Positions 1-9,621 are shown, counted from the stretch's first letter. The stretch: 64,000 nucleotides of DNA from Candidatus Paceibacter sp. (GCA_014237915.1 JABACC010000013.1:64568-128567); one strand, 5' to 3'. Program-made: numbers and translations. Notes: a model not told the origin generated them from the sequence alone.

Positions 1-212
1 TTTCTTTTTAAATATTTTATGAGTTTTCTTCTGTTTGCAATCATTTGCAAAAGGCCCCTTGTGGAATGTCTGTCTTTTTTGTTTATTTTTAAATGCTCAG
101 AAAGATTGTTGATTTTTTCAGTTAAAACAGAAATTTGAACTTCTGTAGAACCAGTATCTCCTTCTTTTTTTGCAGCATCTTTTATAACTTTTTCTTTATT
201 AATTTTTGCCAT
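1..212 (-). CDS. rpsO: 30S ribosomal protein S15 (3' end outside window)
   Basis: Manual translation from ATG at 212: [11 protein letters not shown]...[14 protein letters not shown]...[18 protein letters not shown], with the S15 DTGS-EVQ signature; not in the ORF track. Confidence 0.95.
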   Translation of the reverse strand, partial: MAKINKEKVIKDAAKKEGDTGSTEVQISVLTEKINNLSEHLKINKKDRHSTRGLLQMIANRRKLIKYLKR

Positions 213-270
213 AGGAGAATTTTAACAAAAAAAAATAAAGAAACAACAAGAAAATTTTTAAAAAATAAAA

Positions 271-1140
271 TTAATCTAAATAAATTTCTTGGCCCGTTAA
301 AATAAACTTAATATTTCCCTCTTTGCTGGTTTCTAAAATTTCTGAACCAGTTTTTTCTAATTTTTCCAAAACCTCAAAATGCGGATGTCCGTATGGATTA
401 TTTTCTCCAGCTGAAATAACGGAAAAATCAGGAGAAACTTCTTCTAAAAAAAATTCATTAGAAGAGGTTTTTGATCCATGATGAGAAACTATTAAAACAT
501 CAGATTTTATTTTCTCTTCTAATTTTTCTGCTAAATATTTTTCAATTTTCTGTGGCAAATCCCCTGTAAATAAAACAGAATTTTCTCCATAAGAAATTTT
601 TAAAACAACTGAAGATGAATTTGTTTCTAAATTTTCAAGCTCTGAAAATGGGAAAAAAAATTCAATTAAAACTCCAGAAGGAAAAACAATTTTCTCTCCT
701 GCATAAACCTCTAGGTTTTGTTTTTCATTTTTTTCTAAAAAAGAAAAAATCTCCTCAAAAAAATAAACCTCTCTTTTAAATCCATTCCATAAAAAAATAT
801 CAAAATCATATCTTTTAAAAATTTCTAAAAAACCTCCAATGTGATCCAAATCTTGATGCGAAGCGATTAAGTAATTTATCTTTTTATCAAAAAAAGTTAT
901 TTCTTTTTTTAAAGATTTCAAAACTTCATTTTCTTTTCCTGCGTCTATTAAAATATCAATTCCTTCTGGGGTTTTTATGTAAGCTGCTGAACCTTGTCCA
1001 ACATCTAAAATTGTAATTTCTAAATTTTTTTGAGATTTGTTTTTATAAAAAAAAAGAAGTAATAAAACTATAAAAACAAAAAATAAAAAAGAAATTATTT
1101 TAAATAAATTTTTTTCTGATATTTTTATTTTTGAAAACAC
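271..1140 (-). CDS. ComEC/Rec2-type MBL-fold metallo-hydrolase (stand-alone, N-terminal TM anchor)
   Basis: LDVGQG, SHQDLDHIGG, LFTGD, HHGSKTS and NPYGHPH motifs. Confidence 0.92.
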   Translation of the reverse strand: MFSKIKISEKNLFKIISFLFFVFIVLLLLFFYKNKSQKNLEITILDVGQGSAAYIKTPEGIDILIDAGKENEVLKSLKKEITFFDKKINYLIASHQDLDHIGGFLEIFKRYDFDIFLWNGFKREVYFFEEIFSFLEKNEKQNLEVYAGEKIVFPSGVLIEFFFPFSELENLETNSSSVVLKISYGENSVLFTGDLPQKIEKYLAEKLEEKIKSDVLIVSHHGSKTSSNEFFLEEVSPDFSVISAGENNPYGHPHFEVLEKLEKTGSEILETSKEGNIKFILTGQEIYLD

Positions 1141-1208
1141 TGCTTAATTCTAACAAAAAAATTACTTTAAAAATTTGATAAAATTTTAATTGTAGTAAAA
1201 TTAAAAAT

Positions 1209-2012
1209 ATGGAAAAAATAGATATTTTAATATTTGGAATTATTCAAGGCTTGAGTGAATTTTTGCCAGTGAGCTCTTCTGGACATATTTTTTTGGCAGA
1301 ATATTTTTTAAAAAGTTTTAATCAGGATTTTTTAATTTTAATTTCTCTTTGGCTTCATCTTGCCACTTTATTGGCGGTTTTGTTTTATTTTAAAAAAGGA
1401 ATTTTAGAGCTTCTGCGGGCTGGTTTTTATTTAAAGAAAAATACGGAAAAAAATTTATTATTCAAAAAATTATTTTTTGCCACTTTTGTAACTAGCATTT
1501 TAGGGATAATAATTTTAAAATTTTTTGAAATTAAAACCTCACTGCTATTTTTAGCTATTTCTTTTGTTATCGGCGGTATTTTCATTTTACTTTCCGAAAA
1601 AATTTCTCTCTCTGAAAATAAAAATTTAAGTTGGTTTAAAACTTTTTTCTTGGGGCTGGCGCAAGGAATTTCTGTTATTCCCGGAATTTCAAGATCTGGT
1701 TTTACAATTTCCACTTTAATGATTTCTGGAATTGAAAAAAAAGAAGCAGCTAAAATTTCTTTTTTGCTTTCTGTTCCCACAATTATTGGTGCTAGTTTTT
1801 TTATAACTTTTGATTTTTTTAAAAATAATTTATTAAATTTTAATTATTTTTTTTCTGATTTTTTCTTTATTTTTATTTTAGGAATTTTACCAGCATTTTT
1901 TTTAGCTTATTTTTCTATTTTTATTATTATGAAATTTGTTGAAAAAAATTGGAAATATTTTGGTTATTATAATTTAATTTTAGGAATTTTTTTGATTTTG
2001 TTTTTAATTTAA
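1209..2012 (+). CDS. uppP: Undecaprenyl-diphosphate phosphatase
   Basis: GIIQGLSEFLPVSSSGH and PGISRSG motifs, polytopic membrane protein. Confidence 0.96.
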   Translation: MEKIDILIFGIIQGLSEFLPVSSSGHIFLAEYFLKSFNQDFLILISLWLHLATLLAVLFYFKKGILELLRAGFYLKKNTEKNLLFKKLFFATFVTSILGIIILKFFEIKTSLLFLAISFVIGGIFILLSEKISLSENKNLSWFKTFFLGLAQGISVIPGISRSGFTISTLMISGIEKKEAAKISFLLSVPTIIGASFFITFDFFKNNLLNFNYFFSDFFFIFILGILPAFFLAYFSIFIIMKFVEKNWKYFGYYNLILGIFLILFLI

Positions 2013-2022
2013 AAACTTTGTG

Positions 2023-2097
2023 GAAATTTAAATAATTTGGGGGCAAAAAAATCGCAACTTCGTTGCGATTTTTTTGCCCCCAAATTATTTAAATTTC
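2023..2097. repeat. Perfect palindrome, 36-bp arms, C-TTC-G loop
   Basis: gaaatttaaataatttgggggcaaaaaaatcgcaac-TTC-exact reverse complement; lies between convergent uppP and rplS. Confidence 0.97.
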
Positions 2098-2807
2098 TAA
2101 GCTTTTTTTTCTGTATCTTCTTCTGTTTCTAATTTTTCAGCCTCTTCTTTTTCTAGCTCTCCCTTTTTCTCTTCTACTGGTTTTTCGGTTTCAGCTTCTT
2201 CTTCTTCTTCCTCTACTGGAGTTTCAGCTTTCTCCTCATCTTCTTTTTCTTCTTGGGGTTTTTCTTCTGATTTTTCAGTTTCTTCTTGTACTTTTTTTTC
2301 AGCTTCTACTTTTTCTTGTTCTGCTCTTTTTTCCTCTTCTACTTTTTGAGCTTCTTCTTCAGCTTTTTTCATCTGTTCAGCCTCTTTAATTTTCTTTTCA
2401 TTTTCTTCAATGTCTGAAGTTGTAGAAACGCTCACAATTTTAGCTCTTCTCATTTGTCTTCTAATTTCACGCGCTACTTTTTCTCTTAAATAATAAAGTT
2501 TAGATTTTCTAACCTGTCCTTTTTTGGTAATTTCAATTTTATCAATATTTGGAGAATATAATGGAAAAATTTTTTCTATGCCAACTCCATTAGAAACTTT
2601 TCTTACTGTGAAAGTTGCTCCGGGTTCTGTTCCATGTTTTACAGAAAGTACAAGACCTTCAAAAGCTTGAAGTCTAACTTTGTCTTTTTCTTTTATTTTT
2701 ATCCAAACTTTTACAGTATCTCCTGATTTAATTCTTATTTTCTTTCTCTCTTCTTGGTTAACTGAAGTGAAATCTTTGATTGGATTTTGTTGTAAATCTA
2801 AATTCAT
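2097..2807 (-). CDS. rplS: 50S ribosomal protein L19 with long Glu/Lys-rich C-terminal tail
   Basis: GDTVKV, RLQAFEG, TFTVRK, VRKSKLYYLR motifs; about 110 aa low-complexity tail. Confidence 0.97.
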   Translation of the reverse strand: MNLDLQQNPIKDFTSVNQEERKKIRIKSGDTVKVWIKIKEKDKVRLQAFEGLVLSVKHGTEPGATFTVRKVSNGVGIEKIFPLYSPNIDKIEITKKGQVRKSKLYYLREKVAREIRRQMRRAKIVSVSTTSDIEENEKKIKEAEQMKKAEEEAQKVEEEKRAEQEKVEAEKKVQEETEKSEEKPQEEKEDEEKAETPVEEEEEEAETEKPVEEKKGELEKEEAEKLETEEDTEKKA

Positions 2808-2979
2808 AAAATTTTATAGTAAAATAATGGATTGAATTTTAACAAAAGATATTTTTCATTGCAAAAAAAATATTGAAAAAAATATTGCGTCAAAACTTAA
2901 GTTTCTATATAATATCAACTACATAAAGAATACAGGGTAAATTCTTTATTTATTTAAACTTTAATTAATTAAATTCTCT

Positions 2980-3252
2980 ATGAATAAAAAAGAACTAATA
3001 GAATATATTTCTGATCAAGTTGGTTGTTCAAAAGCCGACGCTGGAAGAATGGTAGATGCTCTTATAGAAGGTATTTTCAAAACTTTGAAAAAAGGAGGTG
3101 ATGTTGCAGTTTCAGGATTAGGAATATTCACAAGCTCAAAAAGAGCTGCAAGAAACGGAAGAAACCCAAAAACTGGAGAAACTCTTAAAATTCCTGCGAT
3201 GACTGTTCCAAAATTTAAAGCAGCTAAAGCTCTAAAAGATTTACTTAGATAG
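2980..3252 (+). CDS. hup: HU family DNA-binding protein
   Basis: MNKKELI...GLGIF...RAARNGRNPKTGE...PKFKAAKALKD. Confidence 0.96.
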   Translation: MNKKELIEYISDQVGCSKADAGRMVDALIEGIFKTLKKGGDVAVSGLGIFTSSKRAARNGRNPKTGETLKIPAMTVPKFKAAKALKDLLR

Positions 3253-3270
3253 TTTTTCCCAAAGATCAAT

Positions 3271-3308
3271 TTAAAAGTGCACATACATTTTAGTATGTGC
3301 TCTTTTAA
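3271..3308 (+). terminator. Intrinsic terminator after HU
   Basis: gcacatac/gtatgtgc stem followed by cttttaa. Confidence 0.65.
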
Positions 3309-3377
3309 TTTCAGATTATTTTAAAACTTTATTTTTATTTTTATTTTGTTAAACTATTTTAAATTTAAAAATATAAA

Positions 3378-3448
3378 GCGAGTATAGTTTAGTGGTAAAA
3401 TACATCCTTGCCAAGGATGAGTCGGGAGTTCGATTCTCCCTACTCGCA
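3378..3448 (+). tRNA. tRNA-Gly(GCC)
   Basis: Acceptor stem gcgagta/tactcgc, anticodon arm catcc-ttGCCaa-ggatg, TTCGA T-loop; CCA not encoded. Confidence 0.96.
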
Positions 3449-3470
3449 CAAAAAAACAGTAAAAAATAAA

Positions 3471-3499
3471 AAGGTTCAGTATATTACATACTGAACCTT
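3471..3499. terminator. Probable bidirectional terminator
   Basis: 12-bp stem aaggttcagtat/atactgaacctt between the tRNA and a convergent ORF. Confidence 0.65.
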
Positions 3500-3920
3500 A
3501 TAAGGTTTTTAATAAATAAATTAAAAGATAATAAAGGCCTGTAGACATATTTGCAAATGAAAAGGCCAGTATTACTGCGTGTTTTCGATGCATTTTTTTT
3601 CCTGCAGGACTCTCTTTCCACTCTTTATTAAATAGATACAAAAGCTCTTCTATCGACAGCTCCCCACCTTTTCTGATTTTTAGAATTTTCCTATTTTTTG
3701 TGCTCCAAGACAATTTTTCTTGAAAACTTATAATCCACTCTAAAAAATTTACTCCAGCATGAATACCGTATTCATCAGGTTTTTTCCAGGCATTTGGATC
3801 TTCATTGATAAAACTTTTTATGAAATCACCTTTTTCTTCTCTTGGCACATACCTACCAACATTAAAAAAAGCCCAAATTTCCGCCATACCATTTTCCTTA
3901 ACCATACTTTTGTCCTTCAT
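3498..3920 (-). CDS. Hypothetical protein with C-terminal hydrophobic helix
   Basis: 140-aa ORF, upstream TTGACA, no recognised motif. Confidence 0.6.
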   Translation of the reverse strand: MKDKSMVKENGMAEIWAFFNVGRYVPREEKGDFIKSFINEDPNAWKKPDEYGIHAGVNFLEWIISFQEKLSWSTKNRKILKIRKGGELSIEELLYLFNKEWKESPAGKKMHRKHAVILAFSFANMSTGLYYLLIYLLKTL

Positions 3921-4057
3921 TTCTGTTAAAGATTAACTTTTATTATGTTAACTTAATAATTAAAATTGTCAATTATTTTTTAAACACCTTCGGAAAATAG
4001 ACAAAATAAAATGGCCTCTCGAAAGAAGCCATTGGTTTTTTGTTATTGAGATTGAGA

Positions 4058-4585
4058 TTAAGTCTCTTCTGACTTTTTTTCAAGCTCTTTAAGCTTTTCT
4101 TCGAAAGCTTTTCTGCTTTTTTCGTTTAAAGCTTGAGTTTTGAAAACCCTTTCCCAAATAGTCGCATGTTCATACAGGCAGTCTTTGAATATTTCAGATA
4201 TTTCTTTTCCAACTACAACTTTCAGGTGATTTCCCCTGAACAAAACCTCCGCAACAGTTACTCCTTTTTCATTTTCTAAGCATAGAATATCTGAAGTGGA
4301 AAAAGATTTAATTTTGATCCTAGCTATTTTTGCAAACGAGTGCGCCACCGTATTTCTCTCGAAATCAACATATTCTTTTAAAAAAGATATCTCTTCTTCT
4401 TTGTATTCATCTTCTTCAAATATTTGTTGTTCATACATCCGCTCAAAAAAAAAGTATTCATTTCCTTCGAAGTTTATACCCTGTATCAGGCTTATTCTAT
4501 TTTATTTGGCAAATTGAAATATTAATTCTGCAAATAATTTATTTCCTGGGATGGGGTCCAGGTCTCCTTCGTGAATAGGTGCCAT
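4058..4585 (-). pseudogene. Hypothetical gene interrupted by one in-frame TAA (4502-4504)
   Basis: ATG at 4585 with SD AGAAAGGA is in frame with ORF 4058-4438: MAPIHEGDLDPIPGNKLFAELIFQFAK*NRISLIQGINFEGNEYFFFERMYEQQ. Confidence 0.7.
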
Positions 4586-4676
4586 ACTCTTTTCCTTTCT
4601 ATTTTTATAAGAACGTTAATTTTTAATAATAAGCTAAAAATTAAAATTGTCAATAAATTTATTTTAGAAAATGTGG

Positions 4677-4739
4677 AAAATAAAAAAGGCGATTTTTTGG
4701 AAAAACAAAGTTTTTCCAAAAAATCGCCTTTTTTATTTT
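4677..4739. repeat. Perfect palindrome, 30-bp arms, C-AAA-G loop
   Basis: aaaataaaaaaggcgattttttggaaaaac-AAA-exact reverse complement; downstream of tig. Confidence 0.96.
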
Positions 4740-4745
4740 TATAAA

Positions 4746-5804
4746 TTAACTTTTCTGAAAAGTTTCTAAAAATTTCATAACCTCTTCGTTTATTAAAATA
4801 TTTTCAACATACAAGCTCACATTCTGAGCGTCTGCATCTTTGTGCATCGACAAAATCATTTCTGTTTGTTTTGAAACATCTTCTTTTTTAGCAGAAATTT
4901 TTTCTACCTTAGAAATTTCTTTTAAGGCAAGTTCAAAAATTGCTCTTTTTTTAGCTTCTGGCTGAAAATCTTTTTTTAAATCTTCAAGACTTTTCTCTGA
5001 TTTTTTTAAATAATCTTCAAAAGAAAGCCCTATTTTCGCAGAATCGTCTTTCATTTGTGCTATCATTTTTTCAATTTCTGAATTAAGTAAAATTTCTGGA
5101 ATTTCAACTTTTATATTTTTTATAATTTCTTCTGCTATTTTTTCTCTATTTTTTGAAACACCTTCAACTTCTTTTTGTTTTAAAATATCTTCTTTTAATT
5201 TTTTCTCAAAATCTTCAACATTTTTAAAATCTCCTAAAGTTTTAACAAATTCGTCTGTAAGTTTCTCCTCTTTTTTATCATTTTTTTCATCTTCTTTTTG
5301 ATCGCCTGAATTTTTATCAGTTTGATTTTTTTTCATTTCCAATAAATTTTTAACAACTTTTTGAACGTCGTCATCTGAAACAGAAACTTTATCTTTTTTT
5401 ATTTCACCAATTATTTTTTTGTAATCAGGTAAATTTATTTCTGGATAAATTGTAGTTGTAATAACAAATTCTAAAGGATTATCTTGTGCTAGCTTTGTAA
5501 CTGAAATATTTGGAAAACCAATTGGTTGAAGTTTTTCCTCTTCTAAAATTTGTGGGTAAGCATCTGAAATTGCAAAATTTGCAGCTTCTGATAAAACACC
5601 TAGCTGGCCAACTTTTCCAACAAGAACATCTTCAGGAATATTTCCTTTTCTAAAACCATCAATTTCTACTTCTTTTTTTAGTTTTTCTAAAGCTTTTTCT
5701 TTATAGGAAATTAAATCTTCAAAAGAAATTGAAGCTTTAATATTTAAAATTCCTCCTTCTTTTTTTTCTGTTTCAAATTTTAAGGTTTTTATTTTTTTTT
5801 CCAT
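4746..5804 (-). CDS. tig: Trigger factor (reduced, apparently lacking the FKBP domain)
   Basis: IDGFRKGNIP ribosome-binding motif, C-terminal domain present; only 352 aa. Confidence 0.93.
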   Translation of the reverse strand: MEKKIKTLKFETEKKEGGILNIKASISFEDLISYKEKALEKLKKEVEIDGFRKGNIPEDVLVGKVGQLGVLSEAANFAISDAYPQILEEEKLQPIGFPNISVTKLAQDNPLEFVITTTIYPEINLPDYKKIIGEIKKDKVSVSDDDVQKVVKNLLEMKKNQTDKNSGDQKEDEKNDKKEEKLTDEFVKTLGDFKNVEDFEKKLKEDILKQKEVEGVSKNREKIAEEIIKNIKVEIPEILLNSEIEKMIAQMKDDSAKIGLSFEDYLKKSEKSLEDLKKDFQPEAKKRAIFELALKEISKVEKISAKKEDVSKQTEMILSMHKDADAQNVSLYVENILINEEVMKFLETFQKS

Positions 5805-5868
5805 AAAAAAATTAAGTTAATTAAATAGTAAGTTAAACTCTTTTTTGTTTTTTAAAAAAATAGTTAAA

Positions 5869-6189
5869 TTAAAAATCTAAATCGGAAAGAATATCGTCAA
5901 TATCAATATCTAAATCATCAAAATTTATTTCATAAAGCTCTTCAAGCTCTTGTTGGGCTTGCTCTTCTGAATTTAGATTTTCAAAATCTTCATTCTCAAA
6001 GTTGTTTTCTGAACTAGAATCTTCTGTAGGTTTTTCAGTATTTTCAGTCTCAACAATGTTAACCTCTTTTTCAATAATTGTTGTATTATCTTCCCTATTT
6101 GAAAAATAATAATACGAAGAAAAGACTAAAACCACAACTATGATAATTATTGCAATATATGCACCGATTTCTTTTTTTTGATTTTTCAT
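5869..6189 (-). CDS. Hypothetical membrane-anchored acidic protein
   Basis: N-terminal TM helix, acidic tail. Confidence 0.75.
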   Translation of the reverse strand: MKNQKKEIGAYIAIIIIVVVLVFSSYYYFSNREDNTTIIEKEVNIVETENTEKPTEDSSSENNFENEDFENLNSEEQAQQELEELYEINFDDLDIDIDDILSDLDF

Positions 6190-6303
6190 AACTTTTTTTA
6201 TTAAATATTAAAGAATTAATAAAACAATTATAACAACAAAAAAAATAAATACAAAAAATAAGAGTTTTTTATAAAAAATATCTTATGTTATAATTTTTTT
6301 ACT

Positions 6304-7434
6304 ATGGAAACTATTTTTACTGGCATAGATATTGGCTCTGCAGAAATTAGAGCTATCGTCTGTAGTCGAAATAAAAAAACAAAAAAAATTAAAATTTTGA
6401 AAAAAATTTCAATTCCTTCTTTGGGTGTTAAAAATGGTATTATCGAAAACTACAAATTAGTTTCAGAACAAATTAAAAAAATTATTAAAAAAGTTGAAGA
6501 AGATCTTGGGATAAAAATTTCTGAAGCACTTTTTGCTTTAGAGCCTCATTCAATTTCCATTGAAAATATTTCTGTTTCACACACCACAACAACGGTTGAT
6601 AAAAAAATAACCGAAAACGATTTATTAATAATGGATCAAAAAGCTTTAAAAAAATTTAGAGTTGAGGGTTTTGAATATTTAGATTTTTTTCCAACAGAAT
6701 ATATTTTAGACGGAGAAGAAAAATACACAAAACCAAAAGATTTGTATGCGAGAACAATATTAGCAAATTATGTTTTTGTAAAAATTCCAAAAAACTCAAT
6801 TGAAAATTTAGAAAGAGTAGCGGAAATTTCAGAGCTTGATGTTTTAGGAATTTCTTCTTCTTCTTTATGCTCTAGTTTAATGACTCTTTCTCCGGAAGAT
6901 CGAAAATCTGGCTGTGTTTTACTTGATTTTGGCCACAATACAACTTCAATGATTGTTTATAAAAATGACTCCCCTATTTTTTTTGAAAATATAAAATTAG
7001 GTCTTTCTGAAGTGACTAAAAATATTGCTTTACATTTTAAAATTGAACAACAAGAAGCTGAAAAATTAAAAAGAAATGTTTCCTTTGCAGACGAGAAAAA
7101 ACAAATTGAAAAAATTTATCAAGATTTTTTCAAAAAAGTTTCAAAAGAAGTTTTAGATAATTTAAAAGAAATTGAAATGACTAAAAAAGTTTCAGGAGGA
7201 ATTATTATCTTAGCTCCTTTTTATAAAAATGAGGTTTTCACGGAAATGTTAAAAAAGTTAACAAAACTTCCAGTAAAAATTAGTAAAAGAAACTTGTTTT
7301 CTGAAACAGGATCTGGTTTTACTGGAGCTTATTGTTTAGCTCTAAATTCTTTAAATTTAAAACAGAAAAAAATGTTTAATGTAAAACAAATTAAAAATAA
7401 TTTTTACAGAATTTTCAAAAATTTTTTCATTTAA
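6304..7434 (+). CDS. ftsA: Cell division protein FtsA (divergent)
   Basis: GIDIGSAEI, SLGVKNGII, LLDFGHNTT and EAEKLK motifs. Confidence 0.85.
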   Translation: METIFTGIDIGSAEIRAIVCSRNKKTKKIKILKKISIPSLGVKNGIIENYKLVSEQIKKIIKKVEEDLGIKISEALFALEPHSISIENISVSHTTTTVDKKITENDLLIMDQKALKKFRVEGFEYLDFFPTEYILDGEEKYTKPKDLYARTILANYVFVKIPKNSIENLERVAEISELDVLGISSSSLCSSLMTLSPEDRKSGCVLLDFGHNTTSMIVYKNDSPIFFENIKLGLSEVTKNIALHFKIEQQEAEKLKRNVSFADEKKQIEKIYQDFFKKVSKEVLDNLKEIEMTKKVSGGIIILAPFYKNEVFTEMLKKLTKLPVKISKRNLFSETGSGFTGAYCLALNSLNLKQKKMFNVKQIKNNFYRIFKNFFI

Positions 7435-7718
7435 TCAGTTAAAATTATAATTTTTTCTCCTTCTTTAACTCCGTTAAATTTCTCGACAACTTCTTTTTCT
7501 TGCCCTCTTGAAGTTTGTATTTCTAAAATATTTTCTTCGGTTTGAAGAATTTTTTCTTTTTCATTTAAAATTGAGAGGTTATTTTGTTTTTCATTTTTGG
7601 CTAAAACATTGAAAGTTTTATAAGATTTTATGTTTTCATTAATTAAAAAAATAGATAACAAAACTAAGATTACGATAGAAAAATTTAACAAAAAACCTTT
7701 TTTCTTTTTGCTTTTCAT
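7431..7718 (-). CDS. FtsB/DivIC-like septum formation protein
   Basis: Basic N-terminus, TM helix, coiled coil, C-terminal VKEGEKIIIL. Confidence 0.6.
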   Translation of the reverse strand: MKSKKKKGFLLNFSIVILVLLSIFLINENIKSYKTFNVLAKNEKQNNLSILNEKEKILQTEENILEIQTSRGQEKEVVEKFNGVKEGEKIIILTD

Positions 7719-7734
7719 GATATTATTCTAAACT

Positions 7735-7842
7735 ATGTTTGGTAAAAAAGGAAAAAAAATATTTAAAATAATTGCTATTTTTTTTACATTACTCGTAATT
7801 CTTTCAATGATTTTATCTTCTCTGTTTTACGTTTTTTTATAA
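7735..7842 (+). CDS. Small single-TM protein (35 aa)
   Basis: MFGKKGKKIFKIIAIFFTLLVILSMILSSLFYVFL*, followed by a hairpin. Confidence 0.6.
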   Translation: MFGKKGKKIFKIIAIFFTLLVILSMILSSLFYVFL

Positions 7843-7847
7843 AAAAA

Positions 7848-7890
7848 TTAAAATAAAAAACACAGAAAAAATCTGTGTTTTTTATTTTAA
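7848..7890. terminator. Bidirectional terminator-like inverted repeat (19-bp arms, 5-nt loop)
   Basis: ttaaaataaaaaacacaga-aaaaa-tctgtgttttttattttaa between convergent genes. Confidence 0.7.
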
Positions 7891-7899
7891 AAAATTAAC

Positions 7900-8664
7900 T
7901 TAATTCCCTATTTGATATGTAATGGTTACACTTTTTTTAAGCTCTGATTCTCCTACTGGAATATTTGCTTGAGCAAAAGAAGTAGTATCTAGAGAAAATT
8001 GTTCTGATTGATAAGCTCTGGCTGCATACGGGCTTGTATTTGATCCTTCAGAAAAACTAACAATTTTAGAAAGTTTAATTCCTAATTCATCTTCTAATTT
8101 TTCTTTTTTCACTTTTGCTTTTTCAATTGCTTCAGCTCTTAAGTTTTCCAAAATCTCTTCTTCGTTTGAAACATAAAGATCTGGTCCAGAAACTGAATCA
8201 ACATTCAAATCGGAGACAAGCGATAGAACTTTTTCAACATTTTCTAAATTTAGAATATTAATTTCTATACTTTGGCTAACTTTGTAACCCAAAAAAGTTT
8301 TCCTTTCGATGGGATCTATGTTTCTATAATCATAAGAATATTCTGGATAAACTGCATAATTTTTTGTTTTTATATCTTTTTCTTCAATTTTTAAATCTTC
8401 AAGATTTTTTAAAAGATCTGAAATTCTTTCATTAACAGAATTTGTAGCCTCTTCTAGGTTTGAGTTTGTTCTAATCATTGTAAAATTTATTTTTGCAGCA
8501 TCTGGGATGACTGTTTTTTCAGCTTCTGCAGAAACATAAATTACTCTTGAAAGATCTTGTGTCATTCTTACTTCTTTGTCTAAAGAATTAAAAATTGCAA
8601 CAAGCGCCACAAAAAGTGTAAAAATTACCAATAATTTTATATTTTTTATATTATTTTCTTCCAT
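7900..8664 (-). CDS. SIMPL (DUF541) domain protein
   Basis: IYVSAEAEKTVIPDAA, DIKTKNYAVYPEY, LRAEAIEKAK, IPVGESELKKSVTITY. Confidence 0.9.
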   Translation of the reverse strand: MEENNIKNIKLLVIFTLFVALVAIFNSLDKEVRMTQDLSRVIYVSAEAEKTVIPDAAKINFTMIRTNSNLEEATNSVNERISDLLKNLEDLKIEEKDIKTKNYAVYPEYSYDYRNIDPIERKTFLGYKVSQSIEINILNLENVEKVLSLVSDLNVDSVSGPDLYVSNEEEILENLRAEAIEKAKVKKEKLEDELGIKLSKIVSFSEGSNTSPYAARAYQSEQFSLDTTSFAQANIPVGESELKKSVTITYQIGN

Positions 8665-8727
8665 TTTTTTTTATTAAAATTAATAATAATATAATTATAA
8701 CAAAATAAATTTAGTATAATAATAAAA

Positions 8728-9414
8728 ATGAATTTAATAACTTTAGCAACAAAAAAAACTTTAAAAGAAACAGAAAGACAATTTCGTTATCTTCGTTTTT
8801 TCTCTTCTAAAAATTTTTCTAGCGGAGATGTTTTAGAAATAATTGAAGGAAACAAAAAATCTTTAGCTCTTATTTTAAAATCTGAGAATTTAAAAAATTT
8901 TAAACAGGAAATTAAAAAAGGTGAACTTCCGCCAAAAAAATTAAAATTTTCAAAAACTGGAGAAAACAAAGATGGAAAAATTTTAGAAACATTAAATTTT
9001 TCAAAAGTGAAGAAAAAACTTGCAAAAGAAAAATTAAATTCAAAAGATGAAAATAAGTATTTAAAATATTTTTTCCCAACTAAAAAGAAAATAAAAAGAA
9101 AATCTGAAAAAATAGAAATTGATAAAAAAATTATTAAAAATGAAAATTCAACCCTTTCGTTTTCTTATTTAGAAAAAAGAGAAAAAAAATATACTTCAGA
9201 ACTTCAAGAGTTGGTAGACACAATTAGAAATTATTTTAACGAAAAAAAAGTTTCTGGAGTTGGATCTTTTTCTTATTATGCTGGTTTTTTGCATAATTTA
9301 CCAAAAACAGAAGTTTGGCAAATTTTTTCAGAAGCCAAAGAATTGAACTCAAGTACCGAAATTAAAAAAAGATTTTTTTGGAAAAAAATAGGAAATTTAA
9401 AAAGAAAAAAATAA
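8728..9414 (+). CDS. Hypothetical basic protein
   Basis: 228-aa ORF with TATAAT 7 nt before the ATG. Confidence 0.75.
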   Translation: MNLITLATKKTLKETERQFRYLRFFSSKNFSSGDVLEIIEGNKKSLALILKSENLKNFKQEIKKGELPPKKLKFSKTGENKDGKILETLNFSKVKKKLAKEKLNSKDENKYLKYFFPTKKKIKRKSEKIEIDKKIIKNENSTLSFSYLEKREKKYTSELQELVDTIRNYFNEKKVSGVGSFSYYAGFLHNLPKTEVWQIFSEAKELNSSTEIKKRFFWKKIGNLKRKK

Positions 9415-9462
9415 TTTTTATATTTTTAGAGAGTTTTTTGGTAAAAATGTTACAATAAAAAT

Positions 9463-9621
9463 ATGAAAAAAATAGAGAAAAAAGATTTAAAAAATCAATC
9501 TAAAAATTCAAAAGAAGATAAAAAAGATGGAATTTTTTGCTGCGCCCACTGCACCACTTCTTTTTTTGGAATTGTTTTGGTTGTTTTTCTAGCTTATGTT
9601 TTTTCTTTATTTATAAAATAA
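9463..9621 (+). CDS. Small tail-anchored protein with CCAHC motif (52 aa)
   Basis: MKKIEKK...DGIFCCAHCTTSFFGIVLVVFLAYVFSLFIK*; TGTTACAAT extended -10 just upstream. Confidence 0.7.
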   Translation: MKKIEKKDLKNQSKNSKEDKKDGIFCCAHCTTSFFGIVLVVFLAYVFSLFIK

